Part shown: positions 7,817 to 15,969 of the stretch, in pieces
How the letters are laid out: every line of letters starts with the position of its first letter
Position numbering within the stretch: the first letter of the stretch is position 1
Source: Candidatus Thalassarchaeaceae archaeon
Lineage (GTDB): Archaea; Thermoplasmatota; Poseidoniia; Poseidoniales; Thalassarchaeaceae
Reading direction: 5' to 3'
Length of the DNA: 20,994 bases
NCBI GenBank assembly: GCA_030747675.1
Contig: JASLKH010000019.1
Location: 1-20,994, forward strand
Translations under genes and position numbers: made by a program
Notes under the pieces: generated by a model
Told to the model about the DNA's origin: nothing
The model's input: only the letters and a program-made list of their open reading frames with translations
The model's database searches: none

Positions 7817-8641
7817 TTACCTTTGGCAACGTGTGCAATGGTATGTGGAACGACCCTGATGAATTGATTTTTTGATGATATTTGTGCAATTATTATTCTT
7901 ACACATCTCTCCTTCTCTGTCATAAACTGAAAACCCGTGTGAAAAATAACCTAATTTACCATTTACATCTACAAATTGGCCATCCTTCAGAGTTGAACCT
8001 CCTGAATCAATTGCTTCCTTGAGAACTTCAACTGTACATTTGTGAATACGATTTGCCATCGTAGAACTGACATTGGATGCCTTACGATTAGGGGATATCC
8101 CAGAACGATAAAGGATCTCACTAGCATAAATATTGCCAATCCCAACGACAACGTGTTGATTCATTAATACTGATTTGATTGCTGACTTTCTATTTTTGAT
8201 TGAAGAATGTAGTATCTCGCCATCCCAATTGCTTGAAAGGGGCTCAGGCCCTAATTTGATTAACAAAGGATGGTTTTGGCCCCTTTCAAAAAGGTCGATA
8301 ATTCCAAATCTCCTGGGATCTGTATATACTGCGGTTGAATTGTCATCAAGATGGATGACTACATGATCATGCTTTTCCGGTGTTCCTCTCAAATTTTCCA
8401 ACTTGAAACGACCGGTCATTCCAAGGTGAACAAGTAAAGTCGAATTATTTTCAAGTTCAATCAAGATGTATTTTGCTCTACGATTTATTGATTTTATTTT
8501 CAACCCCTCAATTGATTTCATGTTCGAAGGGAAGGGGAAACGTAAGCCATCTCTATTCAACTCAATCTTCACAATATGCTTACCAATCAAATGTCCTGCA
8601 AGCCCACGACAAACAGTTTCAACTTCAGGAAGTTCAGGCAT
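7817..8641 (-). CDS. mutM: Formamidopyrimidine-DNA glycosylase / AP lyase (Fpg/MutM)
   Basis: Invariant N-terminus MPELPEVE fixes the start at 8641. Also RRAKY, HLGMTG, DPRRFG, GPEPL, H2TH GIGNIYASEIL, and C-terminal Zn finger CKNNNC...RSTYHCTRCQ. Confidence 0.95.
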   Translation of the reverse strand: MPELPEVETVCRGLAGHLIGKHIVKIELNRDGLRFPFPSNMKSIEGLKIKSINRRAKYILIELENNSTLLVHLGMTGRFKLENLRGTPEKHDHVVIHLDDNSTAVYTDPRRFGIIDLFERGQNHPLLIKLGPEPLSSNWDGEILHSSIKNRKSAIKSVLMNQHVVVGIGNIYASEILYRSGISPNRKASNVSSTMANRIHKCTVEVLKEAIDSGGSTLKDGQFVDVNGKLGYFSHGFSVYDREGEMCKNNNCTNIIKKSIHQGRSTYHCTRCQR

Positions 8642-8645
8642 ATTT

Positions 8646-9341
8646 TCACAACCGGATGTGGAAAAGGACATGTTGATCTTCCCAACCAGCGAGATTAATT
8701 CGTTCAATTAATTCAAAACCGGCTTTTTGAATAGACGATTCGGCATGATCAAATTGGGCCATATCTCCTCCAGATATACGCCGTTCACTTGCTGCTTTCA
8801 ACGAAAGGATACCAGTGCCACCAGGTTCAAGGAATCGATTGCAAGACGCAATAAACAACTCAACCTGCCATGCTTGGCTTACATCCTGAAACAACCATGG
8901 AACTTTTGAATTCAAGAATGGTGAAATTAAGGATTCATTTCGAGCGTCGGCAAGAATTGGAATTAATCCTGGCCTTCTTTCAGATAACCGAATTAAATCT
9001 CTAATGCACCTTGGAGATAGATCAACGGCAATTATGGCACCACCCAAATGATTTTTTGAGCCACATAGATGGTCATGTAGATGACTAATCGTTGTTCCAT
9101 GTCCGGCTCCCAAATACAAACAAGTGTCACCTGGAGCCGGAACAAGAGTTTCTGGTTCAATATTAGCACGTAATATTCCTGCACCTAATTTAGAGGAGCG
9201 AGGGTCCCATTGACGCCATTCTTTTCTCCCATCACGCTTGAGCCTCTCTCCACGAATACTTACTCCTTTGACACCATTTCGTGACCAAAGTCCTCTACCT
9301 TCAATTCTAATACGCTCTGAAATATCACGTACACGTGCCAA
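8646..9341 (-). CDS. flpA: Fibrillarin-like rRNA/tRNA 2'-O-methyltransferase
   Basis: WRQWDPRSSKLGAGI, SAM-binding LYLGAGHGTTISH, AVDLSPR, PILADAR and FQDVSQ. Proposed TTG start at 9341, 4 nt after a perfect SD GGAGGTGA (9346-9353). This removes the long overlap with nop5. Confidence 0.92.
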   Translation of the reverse strand: MARVRDISERIRIEGRGLWSRNGVKGVSIRGERLKRDGRKEWRQWDPRSSKLGAGILRANIEPETLVPAPGDTCLYLGAGHGTTISHLHDHLCGSKNHLGGAIIAVDLSPRCIRDLIRLSERRPGLIPILADARNESLISPFLNSKVPWLFQDVSQAWQVELFIASCNRFLEPGGTGILSLKAASERRISGGDMAQFDHAESSIQKAGFELIERINLAGWEDQHVLFHIRL

Positions 9342-9345
9342 AAAT

Positions 9346-9353
9346 TCACCTCC
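9346..9353 (-). promoter_or_regulatory. Shine-Dalgarno site GGAGGTGA of fibrillarin, containing the nop5 stop codon
   Basis: Read directly. Its TGA (9348-9346) is the nop5 stop, which suggests translational coupling. Confidence 0.8.
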
Positions 9354-10356
9354 AACGGCTAGTGGGATTGGGGTATCTCTCACGGATTTCATAAACCAAA
9401 TTCTCAATTTTCCCGACCTGCTTAGAACCCCAGGTTTCTCCACCGAAATGATCTACTCTTGCAGCAATTGCTGCTTTAGAGGCAAGCATTCTCGAAATTT
9501 TTCCTCGAACCCATCTTGGGCTACGACAAATCCATGGATGCTGGAATATGTGCCCATGCTTTGGTGGATTAGTACCTTGACGTAAATGTGAGAAGAACGC
9601 CTTTTCAGCACCAAGAACTTGTATCGTACCTGCGGGAAAACGGGCTAATCGGGCACGCCCGTGTGCTGTAACACAAAGTTGTGCAGCTAATATCGGGCCA
9701 AGTAAAAGAGACAAGGAAGGTAAGTGTTCGGTTGCCAATTCGCGAACTGCTTCCTCTAAATTATTCAAACAATCAGCCTGTGATAATGTTGACACAGCCC
9801 AGCCATGTACTCCTTCCCATTCAGATAAACCAACTTCAGCATTTGTGGGTGTGACATCAAGAATTATGGCCAAATCATCTAAACTTTGAGATGATGTAGT
9901 AGCTTTCACAATCTCAGAACGCCTCTTATCTAAATCAAGACTCGATAAAAATAAACCAACCCATTCCACAATTCGTGATTCCAAAGTGTTGTGTGATGCA
10001 CGCATCTCATCCATAGCCCGAACAAGGTGTTCGAGACGACGATCTGGATCATGGGCTGCTGCAGCTACACCTAATTTGGCGAGAGATATGGAAGCGTTTT
10101 GCAACAATATCAACTCTTCATCGCTTAATTCAGGCCAATAAAAATCGCATTCAGATGGTGTACAGTACGTCGCTTCAGGAAATCGATTGGAAAGTTCTAA
10201 CGCTTCAGATGTCATACGTCCTTTCGCTATTGTTGAAAGACGATCTGTTGTTACACCAACTGTTCGTTGGGTCGTCCAAATTGACTCATCAATACAACGA
10301 CCTTCTTCGTCAAAGATTCGCGCTAAACGCCAATCCCAAACTAGTTGCATGTACAT
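9346..10356 (-). CDS. nop5: C/D box RNP core protein Nop5 (Nop56/58 homologue)
   Basis: Nop domain PSLSLLLGPILAAQL...GTIQVLGAEKAFFSHL...PPKHGHIFQHP...RGKISRMLASKAAIAARVD, coiled-coil RLEHLVRAMDE, and position directly upstream of fibrillarin. Start is ATG at 10356 or 10350; the ORF-track start at 10548 overlaps tfs and the promoter. Confidence 0.92.
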   Translation of the reverse strand: MYMQLVWDWRLARIFDEEGRCIDESIWTTQRTVGVTTDRLSTIAKGRMTSEALELSNRFPEATYCTPSECDFYWPELSDEELILLQNASISLAKLGVAAAAHDPDRRLEHLVRAMDEMRASHNTLESRIVEWVGLFLSSLDLDKRRSEIVKATTSSQSLDDLAIILDVTPTNAEVGLSEWEGVHGWAVSTLSQADCLNNLEEAVRELATEHLPSLSLLLGPILAAQLCVTAHGRARLARFPAGTIQVLGAEKAFFSHLRQGTNPPKHGHIFQHPWICRSPRWVRGKISRMLASKAAIAARVDHFGGETWGSKQVGKIENLVYEIRERYPNPTSRWR

Positions 10357-10425
10357 CGCAAGTACACATTCCCTTTCAATCAGTCCCAAAGCAATTGTAA
10401 AAAAAACAAAACAAAAGCATGGACA

Positions 10426-10433
10426 TATATAAG
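10426..10433 (+). promoter_or_regulatory. TATA box in the nop5/tfs divergent intergenic region
   Basis: TATATAAG 31 nt before the tfs ATG, with GGTGA (SD-like) at 10449-10453. The same bases read TTATATA on the minus strand toward nop5. Confidence 0.65.
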
Positions 10434-10456
10434 AGGAAAGATTCAGCCGGTGACGT

Positions 10457-10855
10457 ATGTTCTGCCCCAAGTGCGGTTCCCTCGCATATCCAAATGCGAA
10501 AGGTTTCATCCGTTGTCCAAATGGTAATTGCCTATACGACGGGCACATTTCAGGAAAAGATTCTGCAGATGTTGAAGATGGTGACAGCGCATATATCGAA
10601 GACCCAATTACTGGTAAAAGAGTCGATTTGATGAATTTTGATTCGGCCAGTAAAGCATCTTCAATGAAACATCTTACAGAGGTAATCGATGACTCTCAAC
10701 TCCAAAGAGGCGTGTTGACAACAAAAACCTACACTTGTCCGAAATGCGATTCTGATCAAGTCTTTGCCGAGTTACAACAAACTCGGTCATCTGATGAACC
10801 TGAAACTCGAATATTAACTTGCAAAGATTGTGGCAAAGGATGGCGAGAATACTAA
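10457..10855 (+). CDS. tfs: Transcription factor S (TFS; RpoM-like, TFIIS-type Zn ribbon)
   Basis: N-terminal MFCPKCG...CPNGNC Zn ribbon; C-terminal CPKC...QTRSSDEPET...CKDCGKGWREY with the acidic DE hairpin. Confidence 0.92.
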   Translation: MFCPKCGSLAYPNAKGFIRCPNGNCLYDGHISGKDSADVEDGDSAYIEDPITGKRVDLMNFDSASKASSMKHLTEVIDDSQLQRGVLTTKTYTCPKCDSDQVFAELQQTRSSDEPETRILTCKDCGKGWREY

Positions 10856-10939
10856 ATTCTACGCTGAATTACCTTCAATGTCTGATGTCAACCCTTTTGA
10901 GCCCCCTCAGTTCAGACGAATTTTGTAGGGGCGGTAAGT

Positions 10940-11683
10940 ATGTTGAACATCACTGCAAAGCAAGACACAATGCGCACAATCGTTGACATTCTGACTGTGT
11001 TAGTTGAAGAAGCGAAATTCAATTTTTCAGGCGACCATATTGAAGTGCGAAGTGTAGACCCTTCCCACGTCGCAATGATACGAATGGAAGTTGATTCAGC
11101 AGCATTTGAAGCATGGGAAAGCGAAGATTGTTCAGTTGGCTTTGAATTGTCAAAATTACGTGACCTTATCGGATTAGCAGGAGCAGAAGATCTAATTGAG
11201 CTGCAATATGATGAAAATGATGGGCGTGTTAATATTCAAGTTGGAGAAATCAATCGAGTGATTCGACCATTGGATCGGGCCGCGATGGTTGAGCCCCGGG
11301 TTCCTGAAGTTCCACTTACAAGTCGAGCAACTCTTTCCGGCATCAAATTTAGTCGGGCTCTTCGAGCTGCTAAGCAAGTAGGGGATTTGGTCACATTATC
11401 TCTAAATTCACAATCATTCAGCGTAAATGTGAGTGGAGATACGGATTCCGTGAATGTCACTTACGAAGCAGGAGAAATGGAAGAGTTAGTTTGCGACGGA
11501 CCCGTAAGAAGTCAATACAGTTTAGCCTACCTTCAACCATTAGCAAAGAGAATTGAAAACATAGTTGATAGTGTTGCAATCAATTTTGGAGAGAATTATC
11601 CACTGAAATTAGAATTTGAATTTGCCAATGGTGCAGGTAGATGTGTATATTTCCTAGCACCACGAATTGAAGGTGAAGCCTGA
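10940..11683 (+). CDS. pcn: DNA polymerase sliding clamp PCNA
   Basis: VEEAKF, SVDPSHVAMIRM, SQYSLAYL, GENYPLKLEF and YFLAPRIE; 247 aa. Confidence 0.95.
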   Translation: MLNITAKQDTMRTIVDILTVLVEEAKFNFSGDHIEVRSVDPSHVAMIRMEVDSAAFEAWESEDCSVGFELSKLRDLIGLAGAEDLIELQYDENDGRVNIQVGEINRVIRPLDRAAMVEPRVPEVPLTSRATLSGIKFSRALRAAKQVGDLVTLSLNSQSFSVNVSGDTDSVNVTYEAGEMEELVCDGPVRSQYSLAYLQPLAKRIENIVDSVAINFGENYPLKLEFEFANGAGRCVYFLAPRIEGEA

Positions 11684-11753
11684 AGTATCTATTAGTGATG
11701 TTCTTCACCATTTAACCCATCAGCATTGATAGATAATGAATTGTCGGCCCACC

Positions 11754-12854
11754 ATGGCGGATGATTCCAGAGTCTGCATATTAATCCCGACTCTGCGCAA
11801 CGCAAGTGAACTTGATATTACCCTTTCTGGGCTTAATTCACAGAATTGGGGGGGCGAATTACAAATTGTGGTTGTAGGGCCAACAGGCGACCCAGGAGAG
11901 TATATTTCTGAAAAACATGGGGCTCAATGGATTGATGATGCTGGGAGTCGTACTCGTGCTGATGCTTGCAATGTTGCATTGAAGGAAATAGATTCAGATT
12001 TTGTTTTCTTCACTGATGATGATGTATGGATTCCAGAAGATTGGGTTTCCAACCTTGTTCGTTGGTTCGAAAAAGATGAGGTCGCAGGAGTGGGTGGCCC
12101 CAATTTCGCCCCACCGGATGAAAGATCAACATTCTGGCAACGAGTAATTGATGTCACATTCTGCTCGAAATGGGTTACTGCTGGAACAAATTATGGAAAT
12201 CGTGGTGATCAGCAATTAACTCCTGCCAACCAATTGCCAGGGGTAAATGCTGCATATCGAAAAAGTGTGTTAGATGAAGTGAATGGATTTGACAAGGGGG
12301 CAATTGGTTGTGAAGATGCTATGATGGATTACCGTATTGAACAAGCCGGTTACAAATTATGGCAAGATCGTGATGCGATAATATGGCATAGAAGGCGAGA
12401 TCCTAAGCGCGTTCGAAAGCAGATCAGAAATTATGGGCTAGTGAGGATCCTAGCCTCTCATCAACATCAAGGAATGCATGCTTGGAGTCACACGGCTGTA
12501 GGTTTGTTCCCTCTTTTAGTTCTGACATCTCTACTTTCATTCGGAATTGGAGCAATGTGTGGAGGTATTGCATGGCCCGAGTTTTGGGACATTAGCACAA
12601 ATACCATCCCCATGGGGTGGGAACGAGTTGCAGTTCATACTCCAGTGTCATTAGCAGGGTTTTACATTGGATTATGTTGGCTAGGTGCTGTAAAAGGAAA
12701 TTCCCCTTCTCGCACATTTTCGACAATTATTTTCGCACCGATAATGACTTTCTTGATGCATTGGTCCTACGGCAGAGGGGTTCAAACAGCTTGGTGGAGA
12801 ATTTATGTCAGAAAAAAACCAGGGCTGCAAATTGACGATAAAAATCGAAACTGA
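11754..12854 (+). CDS. Family 2 glycosyltransferase with C-terminal membrane segments
   Basis: VCILIPT at the N-terminus, DxD-type FTDDD, GVGGP, PGVNAAYRKSVLDEVNGFD, CEDAMMDYR and WHRRR, plus hydrophobic C-terminal helices. Alternative start at 11736. Confidence 0.88.
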   Translation: MADDSRVCILIPTLRNASELDITLSGLNSQNWGGELQIVVVGPTGDPGEYISEKHGAQWIDDAGSRTRADACNVALKEIDSDFVFFTDDDVWIPEDWVSNLVRWFEKDEVAGVGGPNFAPPDERSTFWQRVIDVTFCSKWVTAGTNYGNRGDQQLTPANQLPGVNAAYRKSVLDEVNGFDKGAIGCEDAMMDYRIEQAGYKLWQDRDAIIWHRRRDPKRVRKQIRNYGLVRILASHQHQGMHAWSHTAVGLFPLLVLTSLLSFGIGAMCGGIAWPEFWDISTNTIPMGWERVAVHTPVSLAGFYIGLCWLGAVKGNSPSRTFSTIIFAPIMTFLMHWSYGRGVQTAWWRIYVRKKPGLQIDDKNRN

Positions 12855-13670
12855 TCACCTTACTCGTTTGACCTTACCACAATTGGTACCAATTCGGAAC
12901 GATGGAGTCTTTGGTCGCCAAATAAAGGCGGTCATCAAAGAAAAGAAAATACCTCCCACAGCAATGTTCAACCAACTATCAATCAAATAAGACCGGCTGG
13001 CATTAAACCAAGCCCATGTGAATGATGGAATAATACCAATCAATAATGCAATAATAGATTCACGCACTATTAACTCGGATTTTTTTTGTGACATGGGGAG
13101 GCGAGGTGGTTCCTCGGAATAGGGTTCTGGTTCTAATTTGACCAAACGGAAACCCATTTGAGAACGACTCACGCTCCGGGGAGTTGCACCACGAAGAGTT
13201 CTGTTAGAACGCCAAACACGAGTAATGTGAGCCGATGAATCTGAAACACCTCCTCCTCTAATTTGGGGTATCCAAGGGCGACCATCGCATGGAGCCCCCC
13301 AATATCCGCTGCGAGGGGGGCGATCTGATAGTAACTCAACCTCAACATCTCCTCTTTCAATCAAACCTTGGCTAGAGGCTAGCGACCACTCTGCCTCAGA
13401 TGGGGGACGAATTAGGTCAAGGCCAACTAAACCTGCATCTAGCATCAATGGTGTAAGACGATTGAGAGTATCATCAGATACAATCCCAGCAGCGGGTTGC
13501 CCCGTCAATTGAGCCCATTGAGAAAACGTAATTGGTGATTTACTAATTTCAAATGCTCTTTCAACTTTTATTTCATGATAAGGGCCATTAGCAGCATGCA
13601 TCAATGAACCTCGGGAATCTCCAAACCAAGTCCGACCTGGTTCAACTCGCAACCATTCAATTTCTGACAT
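12855..13670 (-). CDS. Divergent formylglycine-generating-enzyme (SUMF1/FGE)-fold protein with two C-terminal TM helices
   Basis: PYHEIKV..AFEISKSPITFSQW, RPPSEAEW (RLPTEAEW) and MGFRLV (GFR). No catalytic Cys pair. TM segments ESIIALLIGIIPSFTWAWF and WLNIAVGGIFFSLMTAFIW. Starts 2 nt after the ABC transporter stop. Confidence 0.6.
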   Translation of the reverse strand: MSEIEWLRVEPGRTWFGDSRGSLMHAANGPYHEIKVERAFEISKSPITFSQWAQLTGQPAAGIVSDDTLNRLTPLMLDAGLVGLDLIRPPSEAEWSLASSQGLIERGDVEVELLSDRPPRSGYWGAPCDGRPWIPQIRGGGVSDSSAHITRVWRSNRTLRGATPRSVSRSQMGFRLVKLEPEPYSEEPPRLPMSQKKSELIVRESIIALLIGIIPSFTWAWFNASRSYLIDSWLNIAVGGIFFSLMTAFIWRPKTPSFRIGTNCGKVKRVR

Positions 13671-13672
13671 AA

Positions 13673-15544
13673 TTAGGCCTCACGATTAAGAGAACCTGTT
13701 TGGATTGCCCACTGACTGGCGTATACTCCGTTGTTTGCAAGTAATTCATCGTGTACTCCTCGTTCTACAATTGCGCCATCGACCATGGCAAGAACTTCAT
13801 CAGCATTTCTGATAGTTGAAAGACGATGAGCAACTGCAATCGTGGTACGAGCACTTCCAGTTCCCATGAGGTTTTCCTGGATTCGACGTTCTGTTTCAGC
13901 ATCTAAGGCACTCGAGGCTTCATCAAGTATCAAAAAACTAGGTTTCTTCAATAATGCACGTGCGAGAGAAATTCTTGCTCGTTGCCCTCCAGACAACATG
14001 ACTCCTCTATCACCAACCATAGTATCTACACCATTTTCCATTTCATAAACAAATTCGTCAGCACCTGCAAGGTGGAGAGCTGCTTGAACTTCACTATCTG
14101 ACGATTCTCGTGAATAAACCACATTGTCTCTGACACTTCCATAGAATAAAAATGGATCTTGATTCACGAAACCTAATTGCTCTCGGACACTGTCTAAAGT
14201 AATGCTTTGTATGTCTCGGTTGTTAATCAAAATCTGACCTGAATCTGGCTCATAATATCGTAATATTAACTTAAGAATTGTTGATTTACCTGCCCCTGTG
14301 TGCCCCATCACACCCAAAAATTTTCCTTGAATTACATTGAATGAAATTTGATTTAAGACCGCTGTTTTTGTTCCAGGGTAAGTAAACACAACATCTCGGA
14401 ATTCTATACTAGTTATTGGTCCATCCAATGGAGTTGAATCATCTTGATCAACAATACTGGGCTCTAAATCAACCATATCGAAGACACGGCGTGCAGCGGC
14501 TTCTCCTCGCTGCAATTGATTTACTAACATCCCAAAAATAAACAATGGCATAGACATGCGAGTCATGATTAACAAAAACGTAACAAATCCTCCTGTTGAT
14601 ATTTCTCCTTCTTTCATCAACCACCCTCCAACTGAAACTAACAACCCGTATGCAATTCCAGCAACAGAGTAAAGCCCTGGAATGAACCGATTACGATCCT
14701 TACTTGCACCAATGGCTTGATTCCTATATTCTGCACTTTCATTTCCAACTCGATTAGTTTCCCAATTCTGCGCATTGTATGCCTGAACTACGGAAATTCC
14801 TGAAATTACATTTTCAAGAACTGCATTGATATCACCTGTTGATTCTCTTTGCTTTCTGTACTTTCTTTGAACTCTGGTTGAAAAAAAGTAAACCATTGGA
14901 AATATCAATGCCAAAGGTCCGAAGAGAACTAAAGTTAACTTCCAAGACATCATCATCAATATGAAAAAGGCAGTTACGAATGTTGTAATAATTCTAATAA
15001 TTGATGTCGAAGAATCTGATATCACATCTTCCAACTGATTGACGTCTGAAGATAAAATTGACATCAAGACCCCTGTTTGCCTCAAATCATAATATGAGGC
15101 TTCCATGCCAATGAGGCTCCGAGTGGCATCCATTCGAAGGTCATGCTGAACTTTGTATCCCAAAGTCTGCCATGAATATTCTGAAATTCCTTGGAAAATC
15201 GCAAGACCTGCGAATCCTAAGAAAATAAGGAATCCGTAAGAAATCGACTGATTAGTAGTAATTAGGTTGAGTAAATTTTCATCAAGAAAATCTCGTAAGA
15301 CCCCCAAGCTTCCCTCGGTTTCAGAATCACCATAATAATCAACAGCAAACCCGATGAAGATGAAAGGAATCAAATCAAAAACTCTGGCAAGCATATTAGA
15401 AGAAATTCCAACAAGTGCTCTTTTCCTATATGGACGGATATAAGGGACTATCCTCCATATTTTCCGACCAAGTATCTGCTTATCGGAATCTGCGGCAGAT
15501 GTTGCATCGGAACTGATGCTACGGGCAGCTTGCGCACGGGTCAT
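13673..15544 (-). CDS. ABC exporter half-transporter (TMD + NBD, MsbA/ABCB-like)
   Basis: Walker A GHTGAGKST, Q-loop VNQD, signature LSGGQR, Walker B LILDEASS, H-loop AHRLST, and six-helix TMD. ATG at 15544 is preceded by the SD GGAGGGTGAT. Confidence 0.93.
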   Translation of the reverse strand: MTRAQAARSISSDATSAADSDKQILGRKIWRIVPYIRPYRKRALVGISSNMLARVFDLIPFIFIGFAVDYYGDSETEGSLGVLRDFLDENLLNLITTNQSISYGFLIFLGFAGLAIFQGISEYSWQTLGYKVQHDLRMDATRSLIGMEASYYDLRQTGVLMSILSSDVNQLEDVISDSSTSIIRIITTFVTAFFILMMMSWKLTLVLFGPLALIFPMVYFFSTRVQRKYRKQRESTGDINAVLENVISGISVVQAYNAQNWETNRVGNESAEYRNQAIGASKDRNRFIPGLYSVAGIAYGLLVSVGGWLMKEGEISTGGFVTFLLIMTRMSMPLFIFGMLVNQLQRGEAAARRVFDMVDLEPSIVDQDDSTPLDGPITSIEFRDVVFTYPGTKTAVLNQISFNVIQGKFLGVMGHTGAGKSTILKLILRYYEPDSGQILINNRDIQSITLDSVREQLGFVNQDPFLFYGSVRDNVVYSRESSDSEVQAALHLAGADEFVYEMENGVDTMVGDRGVMLSGGQRARISLARALLKKPSFLILDEASSALDAETERRIQENLMGTGSARTTIAVAHRLSTIRNADEVLAMVDGAIVERGVHDELLANNGVYASQWAIQTGSLNREA

Positions 15545-15597
15545 TACATCACCCTCCAATCGGTGGTTTTTCAATACCACAGTAAAGAATTCAGGAG

Positions 15598-15669
15598 TGC
15601 GGACGACGGGATTTGAACCCGTGACATGAGGTTGGAAACCTCAGGTGATAACCCCTTCACTACATCCGC
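15598..15669 (-). tRNA. tRNA-Gly (anticodon TCC), no intron, CCA not encoded
   Basis: GCGGATG-TA-GTGAAGGGGTTATCAC-C-TGAGG-TTTCCAA-CCTCA-TGTC-ACGGG-TTCAAAT-CCCGT-CGTCCGC-A. All four stems pair; discriminator A; 72 nt. Confidence 0.97.
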
Positions 15670-15759
15670 GCTGAACTGCGGGGGGCATTGTCTCAGTCTT
15701 ATCCAATTCGGTCCGGGCCGTCCCGCAAATTGATGAAGTGCGGGCTTGTCGACACCTAC

Positions 15760-15969
15760 ATGCACTGGCAGCGAAGAGTGGGTATTTTGCTTATTTTTTC
15801 TTGTATGCCTGCAATGGCCCCACTATGGGCAATGTTAGGTGACAACCTAGGATTGTGGCCATGGACCATATCTGCAATGATTCGAGTTCTTACTCCATTT
15901 TTTGTCCTTGGATTAATCTTGACATTGGCCGGTGGATCAAATTCGACATCTGATTATGAGGAGGAATGA
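15760..15969 (+). CDS. Small (about 69 aa) two-helix membrane protein
   Basis: MHWQRRVGILLIFSCMPAMAPLWAMLG...IRVLTPFFVLGLILTLAGG...EEE*. Its TGA overlaps the MFS ATG (ATGA). The start codon is uncertain. Confidence 0.55.
   Translation: MHWQRRVGILLIFSCMPAMAPLWAMLGDNLGLWPWTISAMIRVLTPFFVLGLILTLAGGSNSTSDYEEE

Noticed and set aside
10357-10548. 64-aa N-terminal extension of Nop5, and small ORFs 10345-10527 and 10419-10631
   Set aside because: They cross the divergent promoter and tfs, with low-complexity translation of the A-tract.
12855-13670. Diversity-generating retroelement target (FGE/CLec fold)
   Set aside because: No reverse transcriptase and no template/variable repeat pair in the window.
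15540-15670. tRNA-Gly as the integration site of a PKS-bearing island
   Set aside because: No integrase and no duplicated tRNA 3' end seen, and the tRNA 3' end faces away from the PKS.
15722-15745. Possible C/D box sRNA (TGATGA inside a CCCGCA/TGCGGG hairpin), plus candidates near nop5/flpA and pcn
   Set aside because: No properly spaced CTGA D box and no C'/D' pair found.
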